This document shows positions 28,290 to 41,047 of a stretch of DNA of 64,000 nucleotides, piece after piece. The DNA is taken from assembly GCF_020745735.1 (NCBI RefSeq), contig NC_083410.1, forward strand, positions 3,198,117 to 3,262,116, read 5' to 3'. Within the stretch, counting starts at the first letter, position 1, and each line of letters begins with the position of its first letter. The notes below the pieces were generated by a model, which was not told where the DNA came from, made no database searches, and saw only the letters and a list, made by a program, of their open reading frames with translations. The DNA comes from Hemiscyllium ocellatum (lineage: Eukaryota). Position numbers and translations under genes: made by a program.

Positions 28290-29125
28290 AGAACAGTTTT
28301 AGACAGTTCAGCAGAGTGGTCCAGGAAATGGCTCATGAAATTCAATATGAGCAAATGCGAAATCTTGCAATTTGGAAAATAAAAATACAGGCATGGACTA
28401 TTTTCTAAACAGTGAGAAAATTCATAAAGCTAAAGTACAAAGGGATCTTGGGAGTGCTAGTCCAGGATTCTCTAAAGGTTGACTTGCAGCTTAAGTCTGT
28501 GGCTAAGAAAGCAAATGTAATGTTGTCATTTATCTCAAGAGGGTTGGAATGTAAAGGCAGTGATGTGCTACTGAGACTTTAAAACTCTAGTTAGGCCCCA
28601 TTTAGAATACTATGTCCAAGTTTTGGTCCCCACACCTCAGGAAGGACATACTGGCACTAGAGCGTGTCCAGCGAAGATTCACACGGATGATCCCTGGAAT
28701 GGTAGGTCTAACATACGAAGAATGGCTGAGGATCCTGGGATTGTATTCGTTAGAGTTTAGAAGGTTGAGGGGAGATCCAATAGAAGCTTACAAGATAATG
28801 CATGGCTTAGAAAGTGTGGATGCTGGGAATTTGTTTCCATTTTGAACCCATGGGCACAGCCTTAGAATTAGAGGCGGTCAATTTAGAACGGAAATCAGGA
28901 AATATTTCTTCAGCCAGACAGCAGTATTCCTGTGGAGCGTAGTGGAGGCTAGGATGTAAAATGTGTTCAAGGCAGAGATTGATAAATTCTTGATCTCATA
29001 AGGAATTAAGGGACATGGGGAGAGTGCAGGTAAGTGGAGTTGAATCATCAGCCATCATTGAATGGTAGAGTGGACTTGATGGGCCGAATGGCCTTATTTC
29101 CACTCCTATGCCTTATGGTCTTATG
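28290..29125 (+). mobile_element. CR1 LINE 3' portion
   Basis: WSPHLRKDILALERVQRRFTRMIPG...RRLRGD. Confidence 0.9.
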
Positions 29126-30003
29126 GGACAGAAGGAGAGAGGGCGCGGAGAGAGAGACAGAGAGGGACGGGGGGGGGGGGGGGGGGGGGGAGTGAGAGAG
29201 AGGGAGGGAGAGAGAGGAAGGGAGGGAGAGAGTGGGGAGGAAGGGAGAGAGGGGGACTGAGAGAAGGAGGGAGAGGGAGGGAAGGAAGGAGAGAGAAGGG
29301 GGAAGGAGGGAGAGACAGAAGAACGGAAGGAGGGAGAGAGACAGGGAAGGGGAGAGAGAGAGAGGAGGGAAGGGGAGAGTGAGGGAGAGGGAGACAGAGA
29401 GGGACAGGGTGAGAGTGAGAGAGAGAAAGAAAGATGGGAAAGGAAGGGAGAGAGAAAAAGAGAGATGGGCAGGGAGAGAGAGTCAGAGGCACAGAGAGAA
29501 AGGGTGAGGGAAGGGGAGAGAGGAAGAGAGAGAGATGGGGAGTAGAGGGGGGGAGAGCACGAGAGTGACAGAGAAACAGGGAGGGGAATAGATTTTGTGT
29601 GGAGGGAAGAGAAGGGAAGTGGGGAAGAAAAAGATGGAGAAGACAGAAAGAGCAGGGAGAGGGAAGGAGGTTGGAAGGGAGGGGCAGATGAGACAAATGG
29701 GTGGATAGAGAAAGGGGGGAACAGAAAGACAGCAGGTAGGTGGGGGAAGGGGACAGGAAGAGAGAGAGAAAGGGATGGAGTTGAGAGAGGGAGGGGGATG
29801 GTTGGAGAGAGAGCGAGGAGGAGGGGCAGGGTTGAGGAGAAAGAGAGGGAGAGGGTGGTAGGGAGAAAAGGAAGGAGGGAGAGAGGCAGGAGGAGAGAGG
29901 GGAGAAGAGAGAGTTTGGGAAGGAGAAAGAGAGAGAGGGAAAGAGGTTCAGTGCGAATAATGGGGGAGAGAGGGACAGAGAGAGGGAGAGAAGAGACGGA
30001 AAA
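29126..30003. repeat. Polypurine (GA-rich) tract
   Basis: about 880 bp, strongly G/A on plus strand, with a long poly-G run near 29170. Confidence 0.9.
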
Positions 30004-30605
30004 ATAATATGCTGTTTACTTTCAGATGAAATGGGGAGGGGTTAGTAAGAGTGAGTGGGAAGTGCCCAGGGCTGACACAAAGACATTCAGTGTGTTTGTT
30101 GTCACTGGGAGTTTGTCTGAGGCTGGGCTGTCATCTGCGCAATCGCAGTGCAGTTAGCAGGGCAGTGATCACACATTACAGCACTCCAGGGAGATCAGCA
30201 CTTCATCGCCAGCGTGGAAACCCTTTCCTCCAGAAAATGCCTGCTTCACAGAAAACCGCTTGGTCTCCAGCAGTTTGGTATTACATTTCACAATCTCTCC
30301 TCCACACGGAGTTATTTGACATTGACCTGTTTCCTGATTGCTTTCTGATCTGATCACTCCCAGTCTGCACAGGGTTTGGGAGTCTTGTTCAAAACCTCTT
30401 TTTGCTGTTGTTTATCTTTTCATTGTTGCCAGTACAGTTTTTTTTTACTTCACAGAGATTCCAGTTTCTCCGGGAGAGAAACTTGGATTGGAGATCCAGG
30501 GAGATATAGACAGAGCAGTGCACATTTCCTGAGTGCACCCTGGAAATGATAGGGTCAGTAACTCTGGGAGGAGTGGGGGTCAGTCCCTTTCACTCTGTTT
30601 GGTTC

Positions 30606-31730
30606 TGTGAGTCAGGGTCTGTCTGGGTCAGTGAGACAGGGTCTGTCAGTATATGTGAGACAGGGTCTGTCAGTGTGTGAGAGTCAGGGTCTGTCTGGGT
30701 TAGTGAGACAGGGTCTGTCAGTGTGTGTGAGTCAGGGTCTGTCAGTGTGTGAGAGACAGGGTCTATCTGGGTTAGTGAGACAGGGTCTGTCTGGGTCAGT
30801 GAGACAGGGTCTGTCAGGGTGTGTGAGTAACAGGGTCTGTCAGTGTTTGTGAGACAGGGTCTGTCAGTGTGTGTGAGTCAGGGTCTGTCAGTGCATGTGA
30901 GACAGGGTCTATCTGGGTCAGTGAGACAGGGTCTATCTGGGTTAGTGAGACAGGGTCTGTCAGTGTGTATGTGTCAGGGTCTGTCAGTGTATGTGAGACA
31001 GGGTCTATCTGGGTTAGTGAGACAGGGTCTCTCTGGGTCAGTGAGACAGGGTCTGTCAGTGTGTGTGAGACAGGGTCTGTCTGGGTCAGTGAGACAGGAT
31101 CTGTCAGTGTGTGTGAGACACGGTCTATCTGGGTTAGTGAGACAGAATATGTCTGGGTCAGTGAGGCAGGTTCTTTCTGAGTCAGTGAGACAGGATCTGT
31201 CAGTGTGTGTGAGACAGGGTCTGTCTGGGTCAGTGAGACAGGGTCTGTCAGCATGTGTGAGACAGGGTTTATCTGGGTTAATGAGACAGGGTCTGTCTTG
31301 GTCAGTGAGACAGGGTCTGTCAGTGTGTGTGAGACAGGGACTGTCTGTGTATATGAGACAGGGTCTGTCAGTGTATGTGAGACAGGTTCCGTCAGTGTGT
31401 GTGAGACAGGATCTCTCTGGGTAAGTGAGACAGGGTCTGGCTGGGTCAGTGAGACAGGGACTGTCCGTGTATATGAGATAGGGTCTGTCAGTGTGTGTGA
31501 GACAGGATCTGTCTGGGTTAGTGAGACAGTCTGTGGGTTACTGAGACCGGGTCTGTCAGTGTATGTGAGACAGGATCTATCTGTGTTAGTGAGACTGTCT
31601 GGGTCAGTGAGACAGGGTCTGTCAGTGTATGTATAGTAGGGTCTGTCAGTGTATGTATGCCTGGGTCTGTCAGTGTATGTATAGTAGGGTCTGTCAGTGT
31701 ATGTGTGACAGGACCTGTCAGTGTATGTGA
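30606..31730. repeat. 24-bp minisatellite, about 46 copies, two interleaved variants
   Basis: GTGAGACAGGGTCTGTCAGTGTGT / GTGAGACAGGGTCTRTCTGGGTYA. Confidence 0.95.
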
Positions 31731-31947
31731 TTCCCAAAAAGCTTCTTATGGGAATGGATGTCGGAGTCATTTTGTTTGCTTTTTCCAAATGTTGCTCACT
31801 GGGAGATTTGTCATGGATGGGGTCTGTTACTATTTCTGTATCTGACTCCGTTTAATTATCACAAAGTGAACGTTTTCTCTTTTCTGTGCTGTGCCTAGCT
31901 TCTGGAGTTCGGGATGGAAGAAGATAATGTGAGATTCCAGCTCTGTG

Positions 31948-32463
31948 GGTCCTCGGGTGACTGTCTGTGTGGAGTTTGCACATTCTCCCTGTGTCTGTGT
32001 GGGTTTCCTCCAGGTGCTCTGGTTTCCTCCCACACTCCAAAGATGTGCATGTTAGGTGAATTGGTCATGCTAAATTCCCCATAATTGTTCAGGGATGTAT
32101 ACGTTAGGTGCATTAGTCAGGGGAAATGTAGAGTAATAGGAGAATGGGAATGGTTCTGAGTGGGGTACCCTTCAGAAGGTCAGTGTGGACTTGTTGAGCC
32201 AAATGTTAAGAGTGTAGTGCTGGAAAAGCACAGCAGGTCAGGCAGCATCCAAGGAGCAGGAGAGTCGACATTTCGGGCAAAAGTCCTTCTTAGTTTCCTG
32301 ATGAAGGGCTTTTGTCCGAAGTGGTGATTCTGCTGCTCCTTGGATCCGGTCTGACTTGCTGTGCTTTTCCTCTCTTGACTCTAATCTCCAGCGTCTGCAG
32401 TCCTCACTTTTGCTTTGTTGGGCCAAATGACCTATTTCCACACCATAGGGATTCTGTAAAGAA
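31948..32463 (+). mobile_element. 5'-truncated HE1-like SINE with 22-bp flanking duplication
   Basis: AATGTGRGATTCCAGCTCTGTG at 31926-31947 and 32464-32485. Confidence 0.75.
32206..32414. mobile_element. Hairpin Penelope-derived element nested in a SINE, 15-bp TSD (1 mismatch)
   Basis: TTGTTGRGCCAAATG at 32191-32205 and 32415-32429; inverted arms. Confidence 0.8.
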
Positions 32464-32979
32464 AATGTGGGATTCCAGCTCTGTGCCTGAAAACATGGAT
32501 CCAACATGTTCAAACCAAAACAACTGCAACAGATTGATGTTCTGTACAATGGTTGGTCAGTTAAAACTAGAACATCAGAGATTTCATACATTCTGCTTCA
32601 GAAATCTCCTGCGTGATCTGGTGTTCCAAATTTAAATCCACTGGATTTACTCTGGGAGCTGGTGTTCATAATTTCAGCTCACTGGATTAACTCTGAGAGA
32701 GGAGGACTCTGTTGAAGTATCTGGGAATTACTGAGTGTGTCAGGGAAGGAAGTAGTGATAAGGAGGACAGGCCGGATGTGCAAAGAGGAATAAGTATACA
32801 TTTGAATTTGCAGAAGTCAGTCCAGAAGGAGCTACATAAAATATTACTGCACTAGATAAGGTTCTTAGATAAGGTTCAGATTGGAGCTCACTGGGTCAGT
32901 CTCAAGCTGCAAAGAGTGGAAAGCTTCCTGTATGTATCAGTGCTAGGGGCCTTCACGATCTGCAATCTCCATCCAACAT

Positions 32980-33700
32980 GGCTAGGGATTATACAATTAA
33001 TGGCAGGGCCTTGGCTCGTGTTGAAGAACAGAAGGACCTAGGAATTCTTTGAAATTTGTGTCACATACAAACAGGGTGGTTAAAAAATTGTTTAGTATGC
33101 TTGCCTTCATTGCTCAGTCCTTTTAGTGTAGGTGTTGGAATGTCACGTTGAAGTTGTATTGCTGAGGCCTTTTCTGGAATACTGTGTCCAGTCCTGGTCT
33201 CCCAGTTATAGGAAGGATATTATTAAAGTGGAGAGGTTTCAGAAGAGATTTGCCAGGATGTTGCTGTTTATGGAAAGTTTGAGTTATAACGAAAGGCTGC
33301 AAAGGCTAGGACGTTTTTCACTGCAGTGTAGGAGGTTGGGGGGTTACTTTCTAGAGGTTTATAAAATAGTGAGGGGTATAGATAGAATTAATGGTACTTG
33401 TCTTTTCTCTCAGATGAGGGATTTCAAGAGAACAGGGCATATTTTTAAGGTGAGGGGAAAGGTTTAAAAAATAAATCAGGGGCCAGTTCATGTGTGGAAT
33501 GAACTTCCTGAGGAATTGGTGGATATGGATAGTTACAATGTTAAAAAGACATTTGGATAAGAACATGAATGGAAAATGTTTGGAGGAATATTGATCAGAA
33601 GCAGACAGGTAGGACTAGTTTAGTTTAGGATTATGTTCAGCATGGACTGCTTGGACCAAAAGGTCTGTTTCTGTGTTGTATGACTCTTATGACTTCAATG
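32980..33700 (+). mobile_element. CR1 LINE 3' portion
   Basis: LEYCVQSWSPSYRKDIIKVERFQKRF. Confidence 0.85.
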
Positions 33701-35021
33701 ATGGGCTCTAGGTATTGTAGTTGATGATATAAGAATGGGTTGCAAGATTAAGTGTGAGGAGGTCTCAAAGACACAAATTTGACACCGTAAGACTATAAGA
33801 TACAGGAGCAAATTAAGTTATTCAGCCCATTGAGTCTCCTCTGCCATTCGATTATGGCTGGTAAGTTTCTCTCCTCCATTCTCCTGTCTTTCCCTGTAAT
33901 CCTTGATCTTCTTACCAATCAAGAGCCTCTGTTTTAAATACAGGCAATGTCTTGGCCTCCACAGCCTTCTGCTGCAATGAGTTCCATGCATTCAACACCC
34001 TCCGGGTGAAGAAATTCCTCCTCATCTCAGTTATAGTTCTCAAGGGTCATCCCTTCACTGAGGTTGTGCCCTTGGGTCCGAGTATCTCCATAAGGGAAAC
34101 ATCTTCTCCATGTCCCCGCTATCCAGGCCTCTCTGCATTCTGTAAGTTTCAACCAGATCCCTCCCTTTCTAAATTCTATCAAGTGCAGATCCAGAGTCCT
34201 CAAACTGTTCCTTCATCCTTAGGATTGCTTTTGTAAACCTCTTTAAGGCCAGCAAATCCTTCCTTAGGTATGGAGCCCAAATGTCTGACCAGAGCCTTCT
34301 ATAGTCTCAGCAATGCATCTCTGCTCTTGGATTCTCGCCCTCTTGAAATGAATGCGAACATTGCATTTGCCTTCCCAACTGCCAACTGAACCTGCAGGTT
34401 AACCTGAAGAGAATTCTGAACAAGGACTCCTAAGTCTCTTTGTGCTTCCGATTTCTGAAGTCTTTCTACATTCAGAAAATAGTCTATGCCTCTATTCTTC
34501 CTGCCAGAGTGCATAATCTCTCACTTTCTTACATTGTGTTCCATCTGTCACTTCTTTGCCCACTCTCCCAGCCTGTCCAAGTCCTTCTACAGCCTCCCTG
34601 CTTCCTCAACACCTCCTGTCATTCCACTTATCTTTGTGTCATCTGCAAACTTAGTAATAATGCTTTCAGTTCTTTTGTCCAGATCTCTAATGTTGTGGTC
34701 CCAACATTGACCCCTGTGGAACTCCATGAGTCACCAGGTGTCATCCTGAAAAAGACCCCTGTATCCTCACTCTCCACTTTCTGCCAGTCAACCAATCCTC
34801 TATCCATGCCAGTACCTTGCCCCTAACACTATGGGGCTCTTACCTTATTTAACTGCCTGCTGTGCAGCACCTTGTAAAAGGTCTTCTGGAAATCTAAATA
34901 GATCACATCCACTGGCTCTCCTTTGTCTAACTTGCTCATTAACTCAGCAAAGAGCTCGAAGTGATTTGTCAGGCATGACCTCTCCTTGACAAAACCATAT
35001 TGACTATTTTACAGCCAAACG

Positions 35022-36055
35022 TATGGTGCTGGAAAAGCACAGCAAGTCAGGCAGCATCCGAGGAGCAGGAAAATCAACATTTTGGGCAAAAGCCCTTCAT
35101 CACAAATGAGGCTGGGAGCCTCAGGGGTGGAGAGATATGTGGGAGAGGGGTGGGTGGGGCTGGGGGGAAGGTAGCTGAGAGTGCAACAGGTGGACGGAGG
35201 TGGGGTAAAGGTGATATTATCCTCCCCCACCCCTATCCGCTTTCCTGCGAATACCTGGTCATGTCCACGCCCCCTAAGCCCACCGCCCCCCTCTGGTACC
35301 TTCCCCTGCCACCGCAGGAATTGCAAACACTGCGCCCACACCTCCCCCCTCATTTCCATCCAAGGCCTCAAAGGAGCCTTCCACATCCATCAGAGTTTCA
35401 CCTGCACTTTCACACACATTGTCTACTGTATCTGTTGCTCCCGATGCAGTATCGTCTACATTGGGGAGACAGGACACTTACTTGCAGAGTGCTTGAGAGA
35501 ACATCTCCGGGACACCCACACCAACCAACCCCACCCCGCCTTGGCTGAACACTTTAACTCCCCCTCCCAGTCCACCAACAACCTGCAGGTCCTGGGCCTC
35601 CTTCATCACCACATCTTAACCACCCAACGCCTGGAAGAAGGATGCCTCATCTTCCGCCTCGGGACCCTTCAATCCCAGGGCTTCAATGTGGACTTCACCA
35701 GTTTCCTCATTTCCCCTCTCCTGACCTTACCCCAGTTCCAACCTTCAGCTCAGCACCGCCCTCATGACCTGTCCCATCTGTTTATCTTCCTTCGCACCTA
35801 TCTGCACCGCCCTCCCCTCCGACTTATCACCTTTACCTCCACCTTCATCCACCTATTGTACTCTCAGCTACCTTTCCCCCAGCCCCACCCCCTTCCATTT
35901 ATCTCATCACCCCCGAGGCTCCCAGCCTCATTCCTGATGAAGGGCTTTTGCCCGAAATATCGATTCTCCTGCTCCTTGGATGCTGCCTGACACGCTGTGC
36001 TTTTCCAGCACCACACTCTTGGCTCTAATCTCTGGCATCTGCAGTCCTCCCTTTC
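35022..36055 (+). mobile_element. Penelope-like element: GIY-YIG C-terminus with inverted terminal (pLTR) copy, nested in a CR1
   Basis: CHRRNCKHC...IVYCICCSRCSIVYIGETG...REH...FRLGTLQSQGFNVDF; 35022-35216 is the inverted copy of 35825-36015. Confidence 0.9.
35931..35965 (+). ncRNA. Hammerhead motif in the Penelope terminal repeat
   Basis: UUC-CUGAUGA-A-GGGC(UUUU)GCCC-GAAAU-AUC-GAU. Confidence 0.65.
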
Positions 36056-37217
36056 TCCACCCTTTTTTGCCAGGCACTTCCAAGTACACCAATCTCAACA
36101 TTAGTAATAGATTCTAAAATCTTACCAATGACTGAGATTTAAAGGCATGTTAACGTGTCGTTAATTTCTAGTTTCCTGTTTTCTGCCTTCTTTCCTTTTT
36201 AAACTGAGTTATTACATTAGCTACTTTCCAGTCCGCTGGGATCTTCCCTGACTCTAATGTTTCCTGAAAGGTCACTACCAATACCTCCACAATGTCCTCC
36301 AAACCCTGAGGATAGTTCTTCTGGGGAGGGGGCGTGGTCTGAGTGATTTATCCTCCTTCAAATGTTTCAGCTCACCCAACCTCCTCCTTAGTGCTGGCCA
36401 TTACACTTGCCTCTGCACCCTGATTCTCTTTAAGTTCTGGTATGCTGTTGGGATCTTCCGCTGTGAAAACTGATGCAAAGTACCTATTTAGTTCCTCTGT
36501 CTTTTCTTAGTTTCCCCATTACTATTACTCCAGCCTCATTTTTCTGTGGTCCAATATCCACTCTTGCCTCTCTCTTACCTTTTAGATGTCTAAAATAAAA
36601 CGTTTTGCATTCTTATATCTCATGAGGTAGCTCAGTGTCATATTTCATCTTGTCTCCCCCCTTATTGCTACTTTAGTTGTCCTGTGCTGATTTTTAAAGG
36701 CTGCCCAATCCTCTGGCTATGCACTAATCTTCACCATACTGTATGCTTTCTCTTTTGCTTTTATGCTGATTTCCTGGCTTCCCTCATCAGCCATGGTTGT
36801 CTCATTCTCCCCTTAGTTTGTTTCTCCTTCCTTGGGATGAATCTCTGCTGTGCCTCCCAAATTACCCCCAGAAACCCCTGCCATTGCTAGCCTGCCATCT
36901 TCCCTGCCAGGGTCCCTCTTCCAAACAATTCTGGTCAGCTCCTCCCTCATGTCTTTGTAGTTATCTTTACTCAACTGTAATCCCGTGACATCTGATTCCA
37001 GCTTCTCCCTCTCAAACTGTAAGGGGAATGTGATCATACTATGGTCACTGACCCCTAGGGATTCCCTCCACTTTAGGCTCCCTAATCATGTCTGCCTCAT
37101 TACATATCACCAAATCCAGACCTGCCTGTTCCCTCGTGGGATCGACCTCAAGCTGCTCCAAAAACCATCTCGTGGACATTCCACAAATTTCTTTTCTTGA
37201 GATCTGCTACCAACCCT

Positions 37218-37578
37218 GGGGAGGCAATGACTTAGTGGTATTATTGTTGAACTGTTAATCCAGAGACCACGATATTGTTCCATGAACCTGGGTTCAAATC
37301 CCACTATGGTAGGTGACGAAGTTGAATTCAATAAAAATCTGGAATTAAGTGTCTACTGATGACCATGGATCCATTGTTGATTGTCAGAAAGACTAATCTG
37401 GGTCAGTAATGCCCTTTAGGGAAGAAAATGCCATCCTTACCTGGTCTGGCCTACATGTGACTCCAGACCCCCAGCAATGTGGGTGTCCCTTTAACTGCAG
37501 TCTGGGAAATTAGGGATGGGCAATAGATGCTGACCTAGATAGCAATGCTCTCAGTCCATGAAGGAATATTTTTAAAAA
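37218..37578 (+). mobile_element. Second tRNA-derived SINE family (Deu-domain/SacSINE-like); other copies at about 6550-6870, 8390-8700, 16950-17245, 54860-55185
   Basis: ggttcaaatccc B box; core ccatccttacctggtctggcctacatgtgactccagacc; tail shared with the LINE at 58800. Confidence 0.65.
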
Positions 37579-38189
37579 CTGATTTTCCCAGTCCCTGTGA
37601 CTCCTGTGATAGTAAATAAAAACTGAAAGAGCTGCGGACGCTGTAACTCAGAAACTAAAACAGAAGGTGCTGGAATAGCTCAGCAGGTCTGGCAATAGCT
37701 GTAGAGAACAATCTGAGGATGGGTCACCCGACTTGAAACATTAACTCTGATTTCTTTTCACAGAAGCTGTCAGACTTACTGAGCTTTTCCAGCAACCTCT
37801 GTTTTGATTACAGTAATAATGCCTTTCTTACCTACCCTTTATATCTTCTGATTTCGTTTCTTCCCCACATCCTGACTACTGCTGGGAGGCCTGTACGTAA
37901 CTCCCATCAGGGAGTATAGGCCTTTGCATAACTCCCTGTATCCTCAACTCCACCCACACAGATTCTACACCTTCTCACCCTATATTTCTTCTTGTTAATG
38001 ATTTAATTCCTTACGAACAGAGCAACCCACCTCCTCTTTCCTTTCGATGTGATGTGTATCCTTGGATATTCAGTTCCCAACTCTAATCCACTTGCAGCCA
38101 CGTCTCTGTGATATCCACAGAATTGTACCTGCCAATTTCAATCTGTGCTGCAAGCTCATTTCCCTTGTTTCGGATACCCTGTGAATTTA

Positions 38190-39660
38190 AGTATTGTGTG
38201 CAATTCTGGTCTCCTTCCTAGTGAACGGATTCAGAAAAGATTTACAAGGATGTACCAAGGTTGGAGCATTTGAGCTATAGGGAGAGGCTGAATAGGCTAG
38301 GCTGTTTTTCCTGGAGCATTCATGTTAAGGGGTGACCTTATAGAGGTTTATAAAATCATGAGGGGCATGGACAGTGTAAATAGACAAGGCTTTTTGGATG
38401 GGAAATTATGTCTCATTAACTTGATTGAATTTTTTTTGAAGAAGTAATTAAGAGGGTTGATGAGGGCAGAGCTGTGGACATGATCTATATGGATTTCATA
38501 AGGCGTTTGACAAGGTTCCTAAAGGTAGACTGGTTAGCAAGGTGAGATCGCATGAAATACAGGGAGAACTAGCTATTTGGATATAGAACTGGCTTGAAGG
38601 AAGAAGACAGAGGGTGGAGAGTTGGAGGGTTGCTTTTCAGACTGGGGACGCGTGACTAGTGGTGTGCCACAAAGATCAGTGCTGGGCCCACTGCTTTTTG
38701 TCATTTATGTAAATGATATCGATGTGGACAGAGGGGGTATAGTTATAGTTAGTAAATGACACCAAAATTGAAGGCATAGTGGACAGTAAAGAAGGTTACC
38801 TCACAATACAACAGGATCTGGATCAGATGGTCAATGAGCTGAGGAGTGACAGATAGAATTTCGATAAATCTGAAGTGCTGCGTTTTGGAAAGACAAATTA
38901 GGGCAGGACTTTACACTTAATGATAAAATCCTGGGGAGTGTTGCTGAACAAAGAAACTTTGGAGTGCAGGTTCATAGTTGCTTGAAAGTGAAGTCCCAGG
39001 TTGACAGGCTAGTGAAGAAGATATTGGGTGTGCTTGCCTTTATTGGTCAGTGCATTAAGTATAGGAGTTGAGAGGTCATGTTGTGGCTGTACAGGACAAT
39101 GATTAGGCCACTTTTGGAATACTTCATGCAATTTTGGTCTCCCTGCTATAGGATGTTGTGAAACTTGAAAGAGTTCAGGCAAGATTTATAAGGATGTTGC
39201 CAGCATTGGAGGGCCTGAGCTATACGGAGAGGTTGAATAGGCAGGGGCAATTTTCCCTGGAGTGGCGGAGGCTGAAGGGTGACCTTATAGACTTTTATAA
39301 AATCATAAGGGGCATGGATAGGGTAAGTAAGTAAACAAAGTCTATTCCCTGGGGTGGGGGAGTCCAAAACTAGAAGGCATACATTTAAGGTGAGAGGAGG
39401 AAGATTTGAAAGGGACGTGAGGATAATGTTTTAATACAGAGGGCCGTGCATGTATGGAATGAGCTGCCAGAGGAAGTGGTGGAGGCTGGTACAATTGCAA
39501 TATTTAAAAGGCATCTTGATGGCTATATGAATAAGAAGAGTTTAGAGGGATATGGGTCAATTGCTGGCAATGGGACTAAATTAATTTAGGATTTCTGGTC
39601 GGCATGGATGAGTTGGACCGAAAGTTCAGTTTCCATGCTGTACATCTCAATGACTCTATC
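38190..39660 (+). mobile_element. CR1 LINE fragments including RT core
   Basis: DMIYMDF.KAFDKVP, GVPQ.SVLGP remnants, CR1 3' UTR. Confidence 0.85.
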
Positions 39661-40424
39661 ATAGCTATTAGTAGCCAATAAATTTACAGTTTACCTGTGA
39701 GGTCACTGATTTGAACTTGGTCGCTCATCCTGGGTTTCCGTCTAACCTGTTGTTAAAACCTTACAAAATGACTCCCACTGAATGCTATTCATACCCCTTG
39801 GATCCCCTCCCCAGCCACCTCCCCTCCCCCAACCCCTTCCCCTTTGACCTCCCACTACCCTACAATACCTGCTGCCTTCCTCCCTCAATCTGGCCTAGGT
39901 GCCAGGGTGATCCTGGGCCTTGGGTGAGGGTAAGAGGCAGCAGCTCCTCAGAGGCTGTGCCCAATGAGGAGGTGCTGTCCTCTGGGTCCCCCCTCTCGAC
40001 AGGCGGGATCACCAAACATCCCCTACCCCACCATAAGGATACTTGGTTATAATTTTACAAGGCCTCCTTAGAGAAATCAGTCCTGCCAATGAGACCCCAC
40101 AACGTACACTCAAACCCACCTGAAATATCCCCAAACCAGATGTCTTGGGGTTACGTGAGCTAGCAAAATATTGGCAGGTGGAGTTTAATTTGGGAATAAA
40201 TGAGGTTGTGCACTTTGAGAGGTCAGAGTGAAAAGCAACCTATTATTTAAATGGAGACAGAATTCAAACCACTGCAGTACAAGGGGATCCTGTCATTGTA
40301 CAGCAATCATAAAAGGTTACCCTTAAAGGTACAGCAAATAATTAGGAAGGGAAATAGAATATTAACGCTTATTGCAAAATGTGTATGAAAGGAGGCAAAG
40401 CTGCAGCTGCACAGGGCATCTTAG

Positions 40425-40725
40425 ATTCCCTACAGCGTGGAAGCAGGCCCTTCGGCCCAACCAGTCTACACTGACTCTCCAAAGAGTAACCCACCCAGAC
40501 CCATTTTCCTCTGACTAATGCACCTAACACTATGGGCAATTTAACATGGCCAATTGACCTAGCCTGCACATCTTTGGACCATGGGAGGAAACCGGAGCAC
40601 CCAGAGGAAATCCACGCAGACACGGGGAGAATGTGCAAACTCCACACATACAGTCACCCGAGCTTGGAATCAAACCTGGGTCCCTGGTGCTGTGAGGCAG
40701 CAGTGCTAGCCATTGTGCCAACGCT
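40425..40725 (-). mobile_element. HE1-like SINE inserted in CR1
   Basis: family sequence. Confidence 0.8.
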
Positions 40726-40910
40726 ATGAGAGTGCCTCTGCGAGAGTGCACTTCAAGTATCTGAAGCAGCTTTGGCCGTCATCTTTAAAGAGGGATGTAC
40801 TTGTATTGGATCCAATTCAGTGAAAATTTGCCAGACTCATTCCAAAGAAGAAGGTCAGTTTTGCCTTATGAGGCTGGGCCGATGTTCATTGGAGTTTAGA
40901 AAAAAAGAGA

Positions 40911-41047
40911 AACATCACACAACGGCAGATTATAGTCCTACAGGTTTATTTAAAAGTACAAGCTTTCGAAGCACTAATCCTTCATCAGGTAACTAGTTAA
41001 CTTTTTAACTTTGTCCACCTCAATCCAACACCGGCACCTCCACTTCG
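40911..41047. mobile_element. Short family-B element in CR1 with about 13-14 bp TSD
   Basis: TAGAAAAAA(A)GAGA at 40897-40910 and 41048-41060; hammerhead core on minus strand at about 40957-40992. Confidence 0.75.

Larger units (their letters stand above)
33790..38185 (-). mobile_element. Long degenerate CR1 LINE interrupted by Penelope and SINE insertions
   Basis: minus-strand RT-region peptides (QRDLGVLVQNSLQVNLQV..., YKDMREEL). Confidence 0.8.

Noticed and set aside
30606-31730. CRISPR-like appearance of palindromic repeats (also 46311-47140)
   Set aside because: Vertebrate DNA, no unique spacers, no cas genes
27155-31788. Long ER/LS-rich and TDPVS-repeat ORFs
   Set aside because: Low-complexity arrays and N gaps; no domain evidence
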